Positions 1 to 7,092 of a stretch of DNA of 34,371 nucleotides are shown piece after piece. The translations under genes and the position numbers were made by a program. Every line of letters begins with the position of its first letter. The stretch's first letter is position 1. Source of the stretch: a virus. Lineage: Duplodnaviria; Caudoviricetes. The stretch lies in the IMG/VR virus record IMGVR_UViG_3300022670_000465, positions 1 through 34,371 of that record, one strand, 5' to 3'. A model generated the notes under the pieces. It saw only the letters and a list, made by a program, of their open reading frames with translations, did not search any database and was not told the origin of the DNA.

Positions 1-37
1 TTCTGGTACGCCTACCCGATGCCGCAGGCCTATCTCT

Positions 38-436
38 ATGTCCGGGATCCACTGCGGTACGCGCTGTGGAGCGCGCATTACGGTGATCGCCAGGCTTACG
101 TGCCGGCTCGATATCCGATCTATTCGCCTGTCGTGTTGCACCATGATCGCAGCAGACTCCGCCGTCGAGAATGCGAGATCCGGATTCTGGCTGGTGTCCG
201 TTGACCAGGGCGATTTCTTTGGTGGCGGCAAGAAGCTCAGCCGCGGCTATGCAGGCCATCCAGGCGCCGGACCCAATGGCGAGACCTGCGGATCCTGCAC
301 GCACGTGAGGCTGCAGAGCAACACCACCCGGCGCTACTACAAGTGCGGCATCGGGAACGTCACGCGGGGACCAGGGACAGATATTCGATTGAAGACACCA
401 GCATGCGAATTTTGGAAGAGCGATACCGATGAGTGA
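38..436 (+). CDS. Cys-rich putative Zn-binding phage protein (start uncertain)
   Basis: GYAGHPGAGPNGETCGSCTH...YYKC...DIRLKTPAC pattern; stop overlaps the next ORF start. Confidence 0.55.
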   Translation: MSGIHCGTRCGARITVIARLTCRLDIRSIRLSCCTMIAADSAVENARSGFWLVSVDQGDFFGGGKKLSRGYAGHPGAGPNGETCGSCTHVRLQSNTTRRYYKCGIGNVTRGPGTDIRLKTPACEFWKSDTDE

Positions 437-854
437 CCACGGCACATTCGAAAAAGCAGCAGATCTAGTCTCGAGAGAGACAAGAGCAGATCGAGCCTGG
501 ATCCGGGAATATGTAGGTGAACTGAAGGCGCCGGAACCGATAACGCTCCAGGAATTTGTGCATGTCCTCAAGCACAAAGGACGCCATGATCGCGGAATAA
601 ACGTCAGCACCATTGACTGGATTTTTAGGGATCAGCCTATCGACTACTTGGAGATGCTGCTGGAGAAAGCCCAGGAAGAAGGGCTGATGATCAGGTACAA
701 GGGCAACTGGTTTACCTTTGGCATGTCGGTGGCCGAGTCCAAAACAGTCTGTACCCTGGATGTCGATTCCATTGGAAATTTGCACACGTCCGGTGAGACA
801 GGAAGAGGCCGAATACTCCAAAGTATTTCAGGCCTTCATCGTATCAGCTGGTGA
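429..854 (+). CDS. Hypothetical protein
   Basis: 141-aa ORF whose start overlaps the previous gene; upstream GGAAGAG. Confidence 0.6.
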   Translation: MSDHGTFEKAADLVSRETRADRAWIREYVGELKAPEPITLQEFVHVLKHKGRHDRGINVSTIDWIFRDQPIDYLEMLLEKAQEEGLMIRYKGNWFTFGMSVAESKTVCTLDVDSIGNLHTSGETGRGRILQSISGLHRISW

Positions 855-930
855 ACGAGCCAAGCAGACACGACGCGATTGATGAATGAAATTGTTAGAC
901 TCCACGAATTGGACGTGGAGGGTAACCGCG

Positions 931-1104
931 ATGCCGAGCAGATCGATGAAGCAAGCTCGCTATATGGCGATGATAGCGCACAATCCTGAAGCCGCTCGCA
1001 AAGAGGGTGGCCCGTCCAAAGCTGTCGCCGAAGAATTCACCGAAGCAGATGCCGCCTCAGGCCTGCTATCCAAAGCAATGAAGAAGAAAAATCGTGGGCG
1101 TTAG
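931..1104 (+). CDS. Small conserved basic phage protein (MPSxSxKQxRxMA..AHNP type)
   Basis: GGAGGG RBS before ATG 931; MPSRSMKQARYMAMIAHNP...VAEEF..AD resembles a recurrent small phage protein. Confidence 0.7.
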   Translation: MPSRSMKQARYMAMIAHNPEAARKEGGPSKAVAEEFTEADAASGLLSKAMKKKNRGR

Positions 1105-1402
1105 ACGCGACTGCGGCAAGTTTGCCTTGAGCGTGTCCATCTCTGCCGGCATACACCGGGCCAGTCGCAAGGACCGGCACCCAGACCCCAAACTCGTAAA
1201 GCGCGCACACAAAGCGATCGTGAAACTGCGCGAGAAATACGAAGAGAAAATCATGGAGGAACTGGGCAAGGCGATCGGCTGGGGCAAGGAAGCAGCCGAG
1301 GAGGCAGCCGCCGCAGCTAAGGCAGAGCGCCAGGCGCTGCTTGATGCAGATACCGAAGGCAGGGAGGAGAAGCAGAAGCGACGAGTAGCTGCTCGAGTTT
1401 AG
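1094..1402 (+). CDS. Hypothetical helical protein
   Basis: Overlaps the upstream stop; Ala/Glu/Lys-rich. Confidence 0.55.
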   Translation: MGVRRDCGKFALSVSISAGIHRASRKDRHPDPKLVKRAHKAIVKLREKYEEKIMEELGKAIGWGKEAAEEAAAAAKAERQALLDADTEGREEKQKRRVAARV

Positions 1403-1439
1403 CGCGTTGACGCAGTGCTCAGTACTGCGTGAGCGCGTT
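1401..1439. promoter_or_regulatory. Long inverted repeat / hairpin
   Basis: ACGCAGT 1410-1416 pairs with ACTGCGT 1424-1430; outer AGCGCGTT arms pair with G-U; no U-tract. Confidence 0.55.
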
Positions 1440-1443
1440 CGGC

Positions 1444-1596
1444 GAGAGGCAAACAACTGCATCGGGCGATGAAGGGAACGAGTAGTTCCTGGTAAAGAAC
1501 GGCTCGGGTGACGTAGTGCCACCCGCGAGAGGCCGCTGGGGAAGCGAGGCCGTAGAGTACCCAGCACATCAGCCCACCTGGGACACATAGGCTCTC
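1444..1596 (+). ncRNA. Candidate multi-branched structured RNA
   Basis: Nested pairings GAGAGGC/GCTCTC, GGGCGATG/CATC-A-GCCC, GGGAAC/GTTCCT, CGGGTG/CACCCG and GCTGGG/CCCAGC in a ~240-nt intergenic gap. Confidence 0.45.
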
Positions 1597-1639
1597 ATAC
1601 GTCGGACGTGCTCTTCGATCATTGAGAGGAGGACACGTT

Positions 1640-1828
1640 ATGGACTTTCTCAAGAAGATGGGCAAGCAAGCGATACTCGCTGGCATCGTGGCCCTGGTAC
1701 TGTTTTTCGTGTGGCCTGGAGCCACGACATTATTCTTCGGAGGCATGGCCGCGGGCATCATCATCGGCAACCTCTATGATCCCGTCGAGAAAATGGCTGA
1801 GAAAATCATCGACAAAATACCAGCTTAG
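1640..1828 (+). CDS. Small membrane protein (two hydrophobic segments, possibly holin-like)
   Basis: GAGGAGGA RBS; AILAGIVALVLFFVW and LFFGGMAAGIIIG segments. Confidence 0.7.
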   Translation: MDFLKKMGKQAILAGIVALVLFFVWPGATTLFFGGMAAGIIIGNLYDPVEKMAEKIIDKIPA

Positions 1829-1837
1829 GAGACCGCC

Positions 1838-2056
1838 ATGGGCCGCAGGAAAGATCTCAAACGCAGGCAGGGAAATCGTGCCGGCATAGCGCGCAACAGA
1901 CTGCGCGAGGCACAAGCAACGAACGGAGGCGGCGCCACTGCAGCCGTGGATCCAGCGACAGACAAAGAATGCCCGAGGTGCGGAGCGAAACCTGGCGAGG
2001 TTTGCGTGACGCCCAGCGGTAACCCGGCAGCCAAGACACACGCCGCTCGAGGGTGA
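1838..2056 (+). CDS. Zinc-finger protein (CPxCxAxPGxxC...HxxR)
   Basis: AGGAG RBS; ECPRCGAKPGEVC...THAAR. Confidence 0.75.
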   Translation: MGRRKDLKRRQGNRAGIARNRLREAQATNGGGATAAVDPATDKECPRCGAKPGEVCVTPSGNPAAKTHAARG

Positions 2057-2107
2057 TAGACTCCGCGAGCAGCAATAGCCGCAGATAACCATTGTTGGAG
2101 GGCTTCA

Positions 2108-2380
2108 ATGGACGAGCGATTAAAACCAGGGCAGCTACACGAGACGCCCACGGAGAATAATCCTGCTGACACCTATCCCGATGAAGGCGATGTCGAATTC
2201 GGGCTGCGTGAGATGGAGGACTATCCACACTTCCCACCGTATGACCCGCCCAAAGCTACCCGAGCGGCCGATGAAGGCTCCTCTTCTGAACTGCGTAGCG
2301 AAAGGCAGGCCGATGCGGAGAGCGGCGGCTACGACGATCCTGGCTATGGCAAGGTTCGTACGTTCCCATCGCAGAAGTAG
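2108..2380 (+). CDS. Hypothetical acidic protein
   Basis: GGAGGG RBS; TAGTG overlap with the next ORF. Confidence 0.65.
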   Translation: MDERLKPGQLHETPTENNPADTYPDEGDVEFGLREMEDYPHFPPYDPPKATRAADEGSSSELRSERQADAESGGYDDPGYGKVRTFPSQK

Positions 2381-2715
2381 TGGCCGATCGAAGGGCAGAT
2401 CGTAGGGCGAATGCAGGCAGGCCTGATAAGCCGAAGCCAGTTGTTGCTCACGGTGCGCCGCTATCAACACCGAAGCCGAGCACACGGCCGCGCCCCAAAG
2501 TGGGTCCAGCCGATGCTGCAACCAGGCGCCGCGAGATTGAACGTCGCGTCCAGGAAGGCAAAGACGCCAGCGAGAAAGCACGCGATAAACCGGTCACGAA
2601 AGCAGCGTCACCCAAGCCACCGCCGAGGACTATCGGCAAGCCTGGTCGGTCCACGTACGATGTACTACGAGACCGAGGCAAGGACACGGATGTAGCCGTG
2701 GAGAGGGAGCAGTAG
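2380..2715 (+). CDS. Hypothetical basic, Pro-rich protein
   Basis: TAGTG-coupled at both ends. Confidence 0.6.
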   Translation: MADRRADRRANAGRPDKPKPVVAHGAPLSTPKPSTRPRPKVGPADAATRRREIERRVQEGKDASEKARDKPVTKAASPKPPPRTIGKPGRSTYDVLRDRGKDTDVAVEREQ

Positions 2716-2954
2716 TGCCCTCTTCGCGGTCAGCCAAAGAGATCTGCCGCGAGGATCCGCATGGCATCTCCTGCAAGGTAGCAACGAAGCGCGAGGCGCG
2801 ACGTAAGCGCCGCGAGGAGGAGTACGGCGAAGCGCCGGCACCCAAGCCACCGCCAAAGAAGCCAGAGAAAAAGAAGCCAACGAAGCCAGCTACCCAGCGC
2901 CGCAAGTATCTCGAAGAGAAGATCCGCGAGGCCGAGGGCGGCAAGCCAAGCTGA
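2715..2954 (+). CDS. Hypothetical basic protein
   Basis: GGAG RBS, TAGTG coupling; K/P/E-rich. Confidence 0.6.
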   Translation: MPSSRSAKEICREDPHGISCKVATKREARRKRREEEYGEAPAPKPPPKKPEKKKPTKPATQRRKYLEEKIREAEGGKPS

Positions 2955-2997
2955 ACGAGACGCGAACGAAACACGAACGAGAAACGAACGGTCGTTC
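2953..2997. repeat. 11-bp-period direct repeat array (GAACGA(G/A)A..C) ending in the inverted repeat GAAC-GGTC-GTTC
   Basis: GAACGAGACGC / GAACGAAACAC / GAACGAGAAAC / GAACG followed by GTCGTTC. Confidence 0.8.
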
Positions 2998-3018
2998 AAG
3001 TCCAGACGAGGTCACGAC

Positions 3019-3402
3019 ATGAAGAGACGAGGATTCCTGAAGCGCCTAGCCGGCGTAGCCACTGCAGCTGTAATTAGCGAGAAGCTCATTCCTGATGACG
3101 GTGTGGCGCTGGGCAGCATGAAGCATCCGGTCCTGCTGCACGATGCCGCGCATCATGACCTGACCGAAGGCTTCGGCCTGGCGCAGGCAAAGGTCGAGGG
3201 CAGCACCATGCTCTACGACGAACTGGCTGCACCTGATCTCACCGAGGCATCGCTCGAGCAGGCGTGCATCGAAATCAAGAAGCGCGGCGGTATCATGACC
3301 AGGGCCGAGTTCTCTGAGCAGCTGGCCGATGGCCTGAATAAAGCATTCAAGGACGTGTACGCAGAGTACGAGCCTGGCGGCTGGGACGATGACAACGCAT
3401 GA
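3019..3402 (+). CDS. Twin-arginine-signal protein made of shuffled major-capsid-like segments
   Basis: GAGG RBS; MKRRGFLKRLAGVATAAV N-terminus; four blocks match MCP aa 138-148, 52-69, 164-177 and 3-27. Confidence 0.85.
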   Translation: MKRRGFLKRLAGVATAAVISEKLIPDDGVALGSMKHPVLLHDAAHHDLTEGFGLAQAKVEGSTMLYDELAAPDLTEASLEQACIEIKKRGGIMTRAEFSEQLADGLNKAFKDVYAEYEPGGWDDDNA

Positions 3403-3508
3403 CGAGCGACCGCCGGCACTAGCGGGGATCCCCCTGCGCACGTGGCTCATGTTGGTGATAGGCATGATCTTGGTCTGGGTAGCGCTGGGCTACCTGGTGC
3501 TTGGGTGA
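3389..3508 (+). CDS. 39-aa membrane peptide (not in ORF track)
   Basis: MTTHDERPPALAGIPLRTWLMLVIGMILVWVALGYLVLG; overlaps both neighbours (GTGA junction at 3505-3508). Confidence 0.55.
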   Translation: MTTHDERPPALAGIPLRTWLMLVIGMILVWVALGYLVLG

Positions 3509-3963
3509 ATCCGAAGCTGCTTGGTACCGTGACGACTCCAAAAGTGCTGATATACGTTGACGACGGGCACATCGACGTCATGCATACACGTGGCGTCGAG
3601 GTCGCTGTGATCGTTGAGGGGGAGGACGTAGAGATCCCTGACGACTGGCGCGGACTCATGGGCAGGCAGCATCATTCGCTCCCAATCACCGTAAATCGGG
3701 CAGAATTGCCTCAAAAGCGGGCACTACAGTGCGATTCTACGTCACTCGCGGCACCCAACACCCAAGTACATCACTCTACGGCACGTAATGGAGGGATGAA
3801 AGCGCCGTATTGCTATGACTGCGATGGCAACCATCCAGTCAGCATAGGCTGCGATGGCCTGCCGAAGACCTGCAGCTGCTGCGGTGCGAGCTACGGACAG
3901 TTGCACAGCACTGGCTGCGCTGACCAGAACCCGCTCGCCGAAGGCGGGAACATAGTGCAGTGA
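3505..3963 (+). CDS. Hypothetical protein with C-terminal Cys/His Zn-binding region
   Basis: GTG start coupled to the previous stop; CYDC...H...C and CSCC...H...C motifs. Confidence 0.55.
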   Translation: MNPKLLGTVTTPKVLIYVDDGHIDVMHTRGVEVAVIVEGEDVEIPDDWRGLMGRQHHSLPITVNRAELPQKRALQCDSTSLAAPNTQVHHSTARNGGMKAPYCYDCDGNHPVSIGCDGLPKTCSCCGASYGQLHSTGCADQNPLAEGGNIVQ

Positions 3964-4157
3964 ACTGGCTCAAGGTTGTCGTGGTCTATTACATCCTGGT
4001 CTACCTATTGATCGGCCGTATCGCCGTCGACGTTTTCGACCTGGTCACCTGGGGGAATATGATCGGCTTATTCTTTGGTTGTTGTATCGGCCATTACTTG
4101 GGTAAAATAGACAGCGGTGGGTTACAGGTAGGCAGCGGTAGGAGCCGGAAAGCGTGA
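3960..4157 (+). CDS. Small membrane protein
   Basis: GTGA overlap; two hydrophobic stretches. Confidence 0.55.
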   Translation: MNWLKVVVVYYILVYLLIGRIAVDVFDLVTWGNMIGLFFGCCIGHYLGKIDSGGLQVGSGRSRKA

Positions 4158-4176
4158 AGCGGACCACAGGAATACG

Positions 4177-4353
4177 ATGGAAGTACGAGGCAACGATCAG
4201 CGCAGGGCTGAGCTAAGCGAACTGAGCAAGCTGCTCGGAGGGTACGATATTGTCATCGACAACGAGATTCCGGAGGACGAGATCCACGTCATCGAAAAGC
4301 TCAACGGTGGTCTGCCGGCCAAGCAGGTCGTCTACCTCGACGAGTGTGCCTGA
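4177..4353 (+). CDS. 58-aa hypothetical protein (not in ORF track)
   Basis: AGGA RBS; MEVRGNDQRRAELSELSKLLGGYDIVIDNEIPEDEIHVIE...; GC3-rich codons. Confidence 0.55.
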   Translation: MEVRGNDQRRAELSELSKLLGGYDIVIDNEIPEDEIHVIEKLNGGLPAKQVVYLDECA

Positions 4354-4456
4354 GCGATACCAGTACGGGTGGCGGGATCCGCGGATCATGTCGCAGGAGG
4401 AACTCAAAAGCTGGTGGATGAGATCCATGCTCGATTGCGCCAGGCTCCAGCTGTGA
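4346..4456 (+). CDS. 36-aa peptide beginning with an MCP C-terminus-like motif
   Basis: MPERYQYGWRDPRIMSQEELKSWW...; overlaps both neighbours; same frame as ORF-track 4250..4456. Confidence 0.45.
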   Translation: MPERYQYGWRDPRIMSQEELKSWWMRSMLDCARLQL

Positions 4457-4644
4457 ACGCCATCAACGAATTGCCGTCGATCGACTACAGTGACCTGATC
4501 GAGAAGTGGGGCGGTCAGCGCGTCGAAAAGACGATGATCTTCATCGAGCTATCGGAGGATGCCCGCGGTCTGCTGGTCAGCATTCCCTGCACGCAAGAGC
4601 GAGTCGAAGCGGTCCTCGAGGCCGTGTATGGTGAGTACGAATAG
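4453..4644 (+). CDS. Hypothetical protein
   Basis: GTGA coupling; MNAINELPSIDYSDLIEKWGG... Confidence 0.55.
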   Translation: MNAINELPSIDYSDLIEKWGGQRVEKTMIFIELSEDARGLLVSIPCTQERVEAVLEAVYGEYE

Positions 4645-4648
4645 GCCG

Positions 4649-4936
4649 ATGCCAAGAATGGCACTGGGTCCGGTTGAGAACGCACGAGTTGAGATTGGAG
4701 GGGAAATCATGGCTGACGATTTAACATGGATCCGGGTGACCGATCGCTTACCGGCCTTCGGCGACAAGGTGATGGTGACCAGAGACACTGGTGGTCCCAG
4801 GCGGTTGGTCGAGCAGGCGTCACGCAAATGCATCGACTCCCGCGGCGAGGTCTGGGATGCCGCCGACCGGAATTCAGAACTGACTGACGTGATTGCCTGG
4901 GCACTGATTCCGAACGCGGCAGCAGCGAACCCATGA
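4649..4936 (+). CDS. DUF551-like protein (core from ATG 4709) with in-frame N-terminal LGPVENARVE extension
   Basis: WIRVTDRLP...VMV...W...V.AW..IP pattern; GGAGGG RBS before 4709. Confidence 0.65.
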   Translation: MPRMALGPVENARVEIGGEIMADDLTWIRVTDRLPAFGDKVMVTRDTGGPRRLVEQASRKCIDSRGEVWDAADRNSELTDVIAWALIPNAAAANP

Positions 4937-5142
4937 AGGCTTACATCGGCACGAAGATCGTCCAGGCAGAGCCTGAAGAAAAGCGCAGCGACCTGGCCAC
5001 CGGTCGTGTCATTGAGCAGGGCTACAAAGTCGTGTACGAGGATGGATACACATCCTGGTCGCCGAAGGATGTCTTCGAGCGCTGCTATCGCGAAGTGACA
5101 GAGGACGAGTACGAGCTTGTTTCCACCGGAGATGAATCATGA
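4933..5142 (+). CDS. YIGTK/GYxSWSP-family small phage protein
   Basis: MKAYIGTKIVQAEP...GYKVVYEDGYTSWSPKDVFERCY. Confidence 0.8.
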   Translation: MKAYIGTKIVQAEPEEKRSDLATGRVIEQGYKVVYEDGYTSWSPKDVFERCYREVTEDEYELVSTGDES

Positions 5143-5780
5143 TCAGTTACGGAGACCGCGATAAGCGGATGCTTGAACGATGGACAGACTGGCGCCGCCG
5201 GCTACGAGCGCCCAGCTGGGTGCCGATGCTGATGTATGCCGGCGTGATCATCATGGCGCTGCTGTTGTCCATGCAGGCCAAAGCTGGCGAGGCAACGCTG
5301 TCCTGGACGGCGCCGACGCAGAACACGGATGGATCGGCGCTGACTGACCTGGCCGGCTTCAAGATCTACGCCGGCCTCGTGCAAGGTGGACCGTACGGAG
5401 ACGTCAGCATCACGATCAACAATCCGACGACGACGACATTCGTGGTGCCAGGCCTCGCCGAGGGGACAACGTACTTTTTCGTAACGACGGCATTCAATAG
5501 CGCGAACCCGGTGCAGGAGAGCGACTTCAGCAACGAGGTCAGCAAACTCATTCCGCCGCTGGTCCCGGCGCCGCCGACCATGCTGACAGTGCAGAATCTG
5601 CTGGTCTGGGATGTCCTCAAGGAGGATGATCACTTCAAGTTCCTGGGTGTTGGCACGGTGCCAGGCGGCACTGCGTGTGATCCAACACAGACCGTGAACG
5701 GCAGGTATGTGGTGCCTAACGATCTGGTGGAATGGTTCGGCAACGTCCAGCCGCCAGTGGTGGTCGCCGACTGTTCATGA
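5139..5780 (+). CDS. Exported fibronectin type III-like protein
   Basis: Hydrophobic segment ending QAKA/GE; ATLSWTAP...GFKIY...GLAEGTTYFFVTTAFN...ESDFSNEV. Confidence 0.8.
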   Translation: MISYGDRDKRMLERWTDWRRRLRAPSWVPMLMYAGVIIMALLLSMQAKAGEATLSWTAPTQNTDGSALTDLAGFKIYAGLVQGGPYGDVSITINNPTTTTFVVPGLAEGTTYFFVTTAFNSANPVQESDFSNEVSKLIPPLVPAPPTMLTVQNLLVWDVLKEDDHFKFLGVGTVPGGTACDPTQTVNGRYVVPNDLVEWFGNVQPPVVVADCS

Positions 5781-5893
5781 GATGGTGGCGTCGATTACGG
5801 GCCTGGCTATGTCGAAGGTTCGGATGGTTTTGCAAGAAGGATCCGCTGGGTCCTGTGGAGAATGCGAGGGTTGAGGTTTCTAATGCGGGCTGA
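5777..5893 (+). CDS. 38-aa Trp/Arg-rich peptide with LGPVENARVE motif (not in ORF track)
   Basis: ATGA coupling; MRWWRRLRAWLCRRFGWFCKKDPLGPVENARVEVSNAG. Confidence 0.6.
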   Translation: MRWWRRLRAWLCRRFGWFCKKDPLGPVENARVEVSNAG

Positions 5894-5911
5894 TCCCGCA
5901 AGGAGCGAAAG

Positions 5912-6070
5912 ATGGACGAGAAAAAGAGGGAAGATCGAGGCGTAGCATTGAATGAAGCCGCAAGGCATCGGCTGGCAAACGAGGATGCCGATGCAGTGGT
6001 CAGCAACGCGGAGAAATACTTCAAGTTTCTGCAAGGCGATGGAGAGAGCGATGACGACAGCGACAGCTAA
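5912..6070 (+). CDS. 52-aa hypothetical protein (not in ORF track)
   Basis: AAGGAG RBS; MDEKKREDRGVALNEAA...VVSNAEKYFKFLQG. Confidence 0.65.
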   Translation: MDEKKREDRGVALNEAARHRLANEDADAVVSNAEKYFKFLQGDGESDDDSDS

Positions 6071-6368
6071 GTGGGGAATACCAACGAAGCGGCAGAGCGG
6101 CTTGCCGGCGGATCCTGCAGACTACAAGGGCTGCGAGATTGCGCTGGCGGTTGCCGGCGGCCCGTTCACTGTACTGTCGGCCTTGGTGCCGGCTGACACG
6201 TTCGAGCGGGTGATGCCGCCTGACCTGACGCCGGGTGATTACCTGTGCCGATACGTGCCGATCGATATAGACGATGTCCGCGGCAAGGCGACCGCGGTGC
6301 CGTTCAAGATCGCAGACGAGACGCCGCTGGATGTGGTCGACAATCCGACGGTAGAGATCAGCCCGTGA
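6051..6368 (+). CDS. Second FN3-like protein, no signal peptide
   Basis: GGAGAG RBS; TATAKWGIPTKRQSG...DYKGCEI...DLTPGDYLCRY aligns with the 5139 protein. Confidence 0.6.
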   Translation: MTTATAKWGIPTKRQSGLPADPADYKGCEIALAVAGGPFTVLSALVPADTFERVMPPDLTPGDYLCRYVPIDIDDVRGKATAVPFKIADETPLDVVDNPTVEISP

Positions 6369-6688
6369 ACGCGCTGAAGTGGGCAATCATAGCGGCGCTG
6401 GTGCTGGTCGCATCGCTGGTGATAACTTACCTGCAGCACGACGATCACTGGAGCATGGTGTACGAGGCGATCCAGACGCCCGAGCAACCGGGTGGACAGA
6501 AGCGCTTCGTGCTATTCAATGAGGACGGGCTGACGCTGCAGGCCTGCACTGACCTGTACGACGAGCACTTGCGCCGGCTGAACAACAACGGCGCGGTGAT
6601 CGAGTATGAGATCCAGTGCGAGCACCTGATGACCAAGGGCCACGGCTATCTCTTCCAGTATCAGAACCAGTGGCTGATAGGCCCATGA
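6365..6688 (+). CDS. Membrane-anchored hypothetical protein
   Basis: GTGA coupling; N-terminal WAIIAALVLVASLVITYL. Confidence 0.7.
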   Translation: MNALKWAIIAALVLVASLVITYLQHDDHWSMVYEAIQTPEQPGGQKRFVLFNEDGLTLQACTDLYDEHLRRLNNNGAVIEYEIQCEHLMTKGHGYLFQYQNQWLIGP

Positions 6689-7092
6689 TCACACCGATGC
6701 CTGACAAGAAAGAGCCACTAGCGCAGCCGCTGATCGATTACTGCGAAGAGCATTTCGATTGCGAGCTTGGACCGCCGCGGGCGTTCTTCGAGCTTCCGCA
6801 ACGCGAAGGCAAAGATCCGGTGCGTGTGATCTATCACGTGTACGCGGTTCAGGGTCCGACGTACGAGGACTGCGAGGCATGGCTGCTCGAGCACGTGTTC
6901 GAGCCGCTGCAGCAGCGAGCCGGCGACGAGGCGCGGCTGTACTGGAGAAGCGAAGACAAGATCTCGGTCGAGCCGATGCGTGACCGGGTGAAGGTTCGCA
7001 CGCGCTTGGCCGTGCTCAAAAAGATAGAGCAGGTGATCCTCGAGGAGCAGGTCATACGCGAAGGCACGCCGTGTCCGAGCACCGAGCCGTGA
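6685..7092 (+). CDS. Hypothetical protein
   Basis: ATGA coupling; GC3-rich. Confidence 0.7.
   Translation: MITPMPDKKEPLAQPLIDYCEEHFDCELGPPRAFFELPQREGKDPVRVIYHVYAVQGPTYEDCEAWLLEHVFEPLQQRAGDEARLYWRSEDKISVEPMRDRVKVRTRLAVLKKIEQVILEEQVIREGTPCPSTEP

Noticed and set aside
750-800. LDVDSIGNLH as another MCP snippet (vs GDFETGNLR); likewise VIREGTP in the 6685 ORF vs VKPEGEG
   Set aside because: Too few identities to distinguish from chance
1444-1596. c-di-GMP-I riboswitch, hammerhead ribozyme or tRNA call
   Set aside because: No GNRA-capped P2 or receptor helix in the expected places, no CUGANGA/GAAA core, no T-loop GTTC cloverleaf; kept only as an unclassified structured RNA
2953-2997. CRISPR array
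   Set aside because: The repeat unit is only 11 bp with no spacers, and there are no cas genes
3790-3963. Separate Zn-finger gene starting at ATG 3796
   Set aside because: GGAGGG abuts the ATG with no spacing and there is no upstream in-frame stop; cannot be supported
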